DNA of 64,000 nucleotides from Candidatus Oxydemutatoraceae bacterium. GTDB taxonomy: Bacteria > Pseudomonadota > Gammaproteobacteria > Poriferisulfidales > Oxydemutatoraceae. Below are positions 63,786 to 64,000 of this stretch, piece after piece (within the stretch, counting starts at the first letter, position 1; each line of letters opens with the position of its first letter). The position numbers and the translations under genes were made by a program. The notes beneath the pieces are model-generated. The model made no database searches, was not told the origin of the DNA, and saw only the letters and a program-made list of their open reading frames with translations. The stretch spans positions 1,580,427-1,644,426 of the forward strand of contig OZ245335.1 of the NCBI GenBank assembly GCA_965226235.1. Direction: 5' to 3'.

Positions 63786-64000
63786 TTTCACGGCTGGTCG
63801 GCGAGCTTGTACTGAAGAGTCCACCGCATCTGATTGTCGACGTCAACGGCGTCGGTTATGAAATGCAGGCTCCGATGTCGACCTTCTACAGCCTTCCCGA
63901 GACCGGCCAGCACGTCACCCTGCTCACGCATCTGCAGGTGCGCGATGATGCACACCTGCTGTACGCGTTTGTCTCGGAGTATGACCGCAGCCTGTTCCGT
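63782..64000 (+). CDS. ruvA: Holliday junction DNA helicase RuvA, N-terminal part (runs off window end)
   Basis: [63 protein letters not shown]… ATG overlaps the ruvC stop. Confidence 0.8.
   Translation, partial: MISRLVGELVLKSPPHLIVDVNGVGYEMQAPMSTFYSLPETGQHVTLLTHLQVRDDAHLLYAFVSEYDRSLFR

Overview
Mosaic chromosomal window from a proteobacterium (Betaproteobacteria-like gene order). Host-like GC is roughly 60-65%; the central accessory block is lower, about 48-55%. (1) 1-6980: a complete aa3-type cytochrome c oxidase biogenesis cluster, all on the minus strand: coxB-coxA-small protein-cox11-coxC-SURF1-SCO-like-ctaA-ctaB, plus a DUF2909-like small gene on the plus strand. (2) 6980-12700: an IS graveyard with truncated IS481-, IS5- and IS3-family pieces, an apparently complete IS1634-family element nested inside an IS3 orfB remnant, and a 449-aa orphan ORF bracketed by two inward-facing truncated IS5 copies. 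(3) 12720-16000: a tandem array of 3.3 copies of a ~1-kb sulfotransferase-family gene (HVPKTGG and RDP..S motifs) with a divergent N-terminal third. (4) Two copies of a ~1.4-kb block flank a ~41-kb low-GC, IS-ridden island. The block holds wrbA plus a small coiled-coil/TM protein gene (A 15991-17356; B 58294-59812). The wrbA sub-segment is inverted between the copies, and the copies show reciprocal gene decay, 21-bp repeat copy-number change and IS481 terminal remnants at the breakpoints. (5) Island cargo, methylated-amine catabolism: an N-methylglutamate-pathway-like cluster (GS-III-like gmaS, split glutamate-synthase-like mgsABC, sarcosine-oxidase-like soxBDAG/mgdABCD, an extra SoxB paralog, an Amt-family transporter, a GcvT-like gene and a HAD gene). 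Also a trimethylamine/dimethylamine dehydrogenase operon coupled to a membrane Fe-S oxidoreductase, an LRV/HEAT-repeat protein and EtfBA; a NarL/NarX-like two-component pair; and a Liv-type ABC transporter split by an IS481 remnant. (6) 59895-64000: housekeeping fmdB-aspS-nudB-yebC-ruvC-ruvA. No rRNA, tRNA or CRISPR seen. All calls rest on motif/architecture recognition and on repeats seen within the window; no database search was run.
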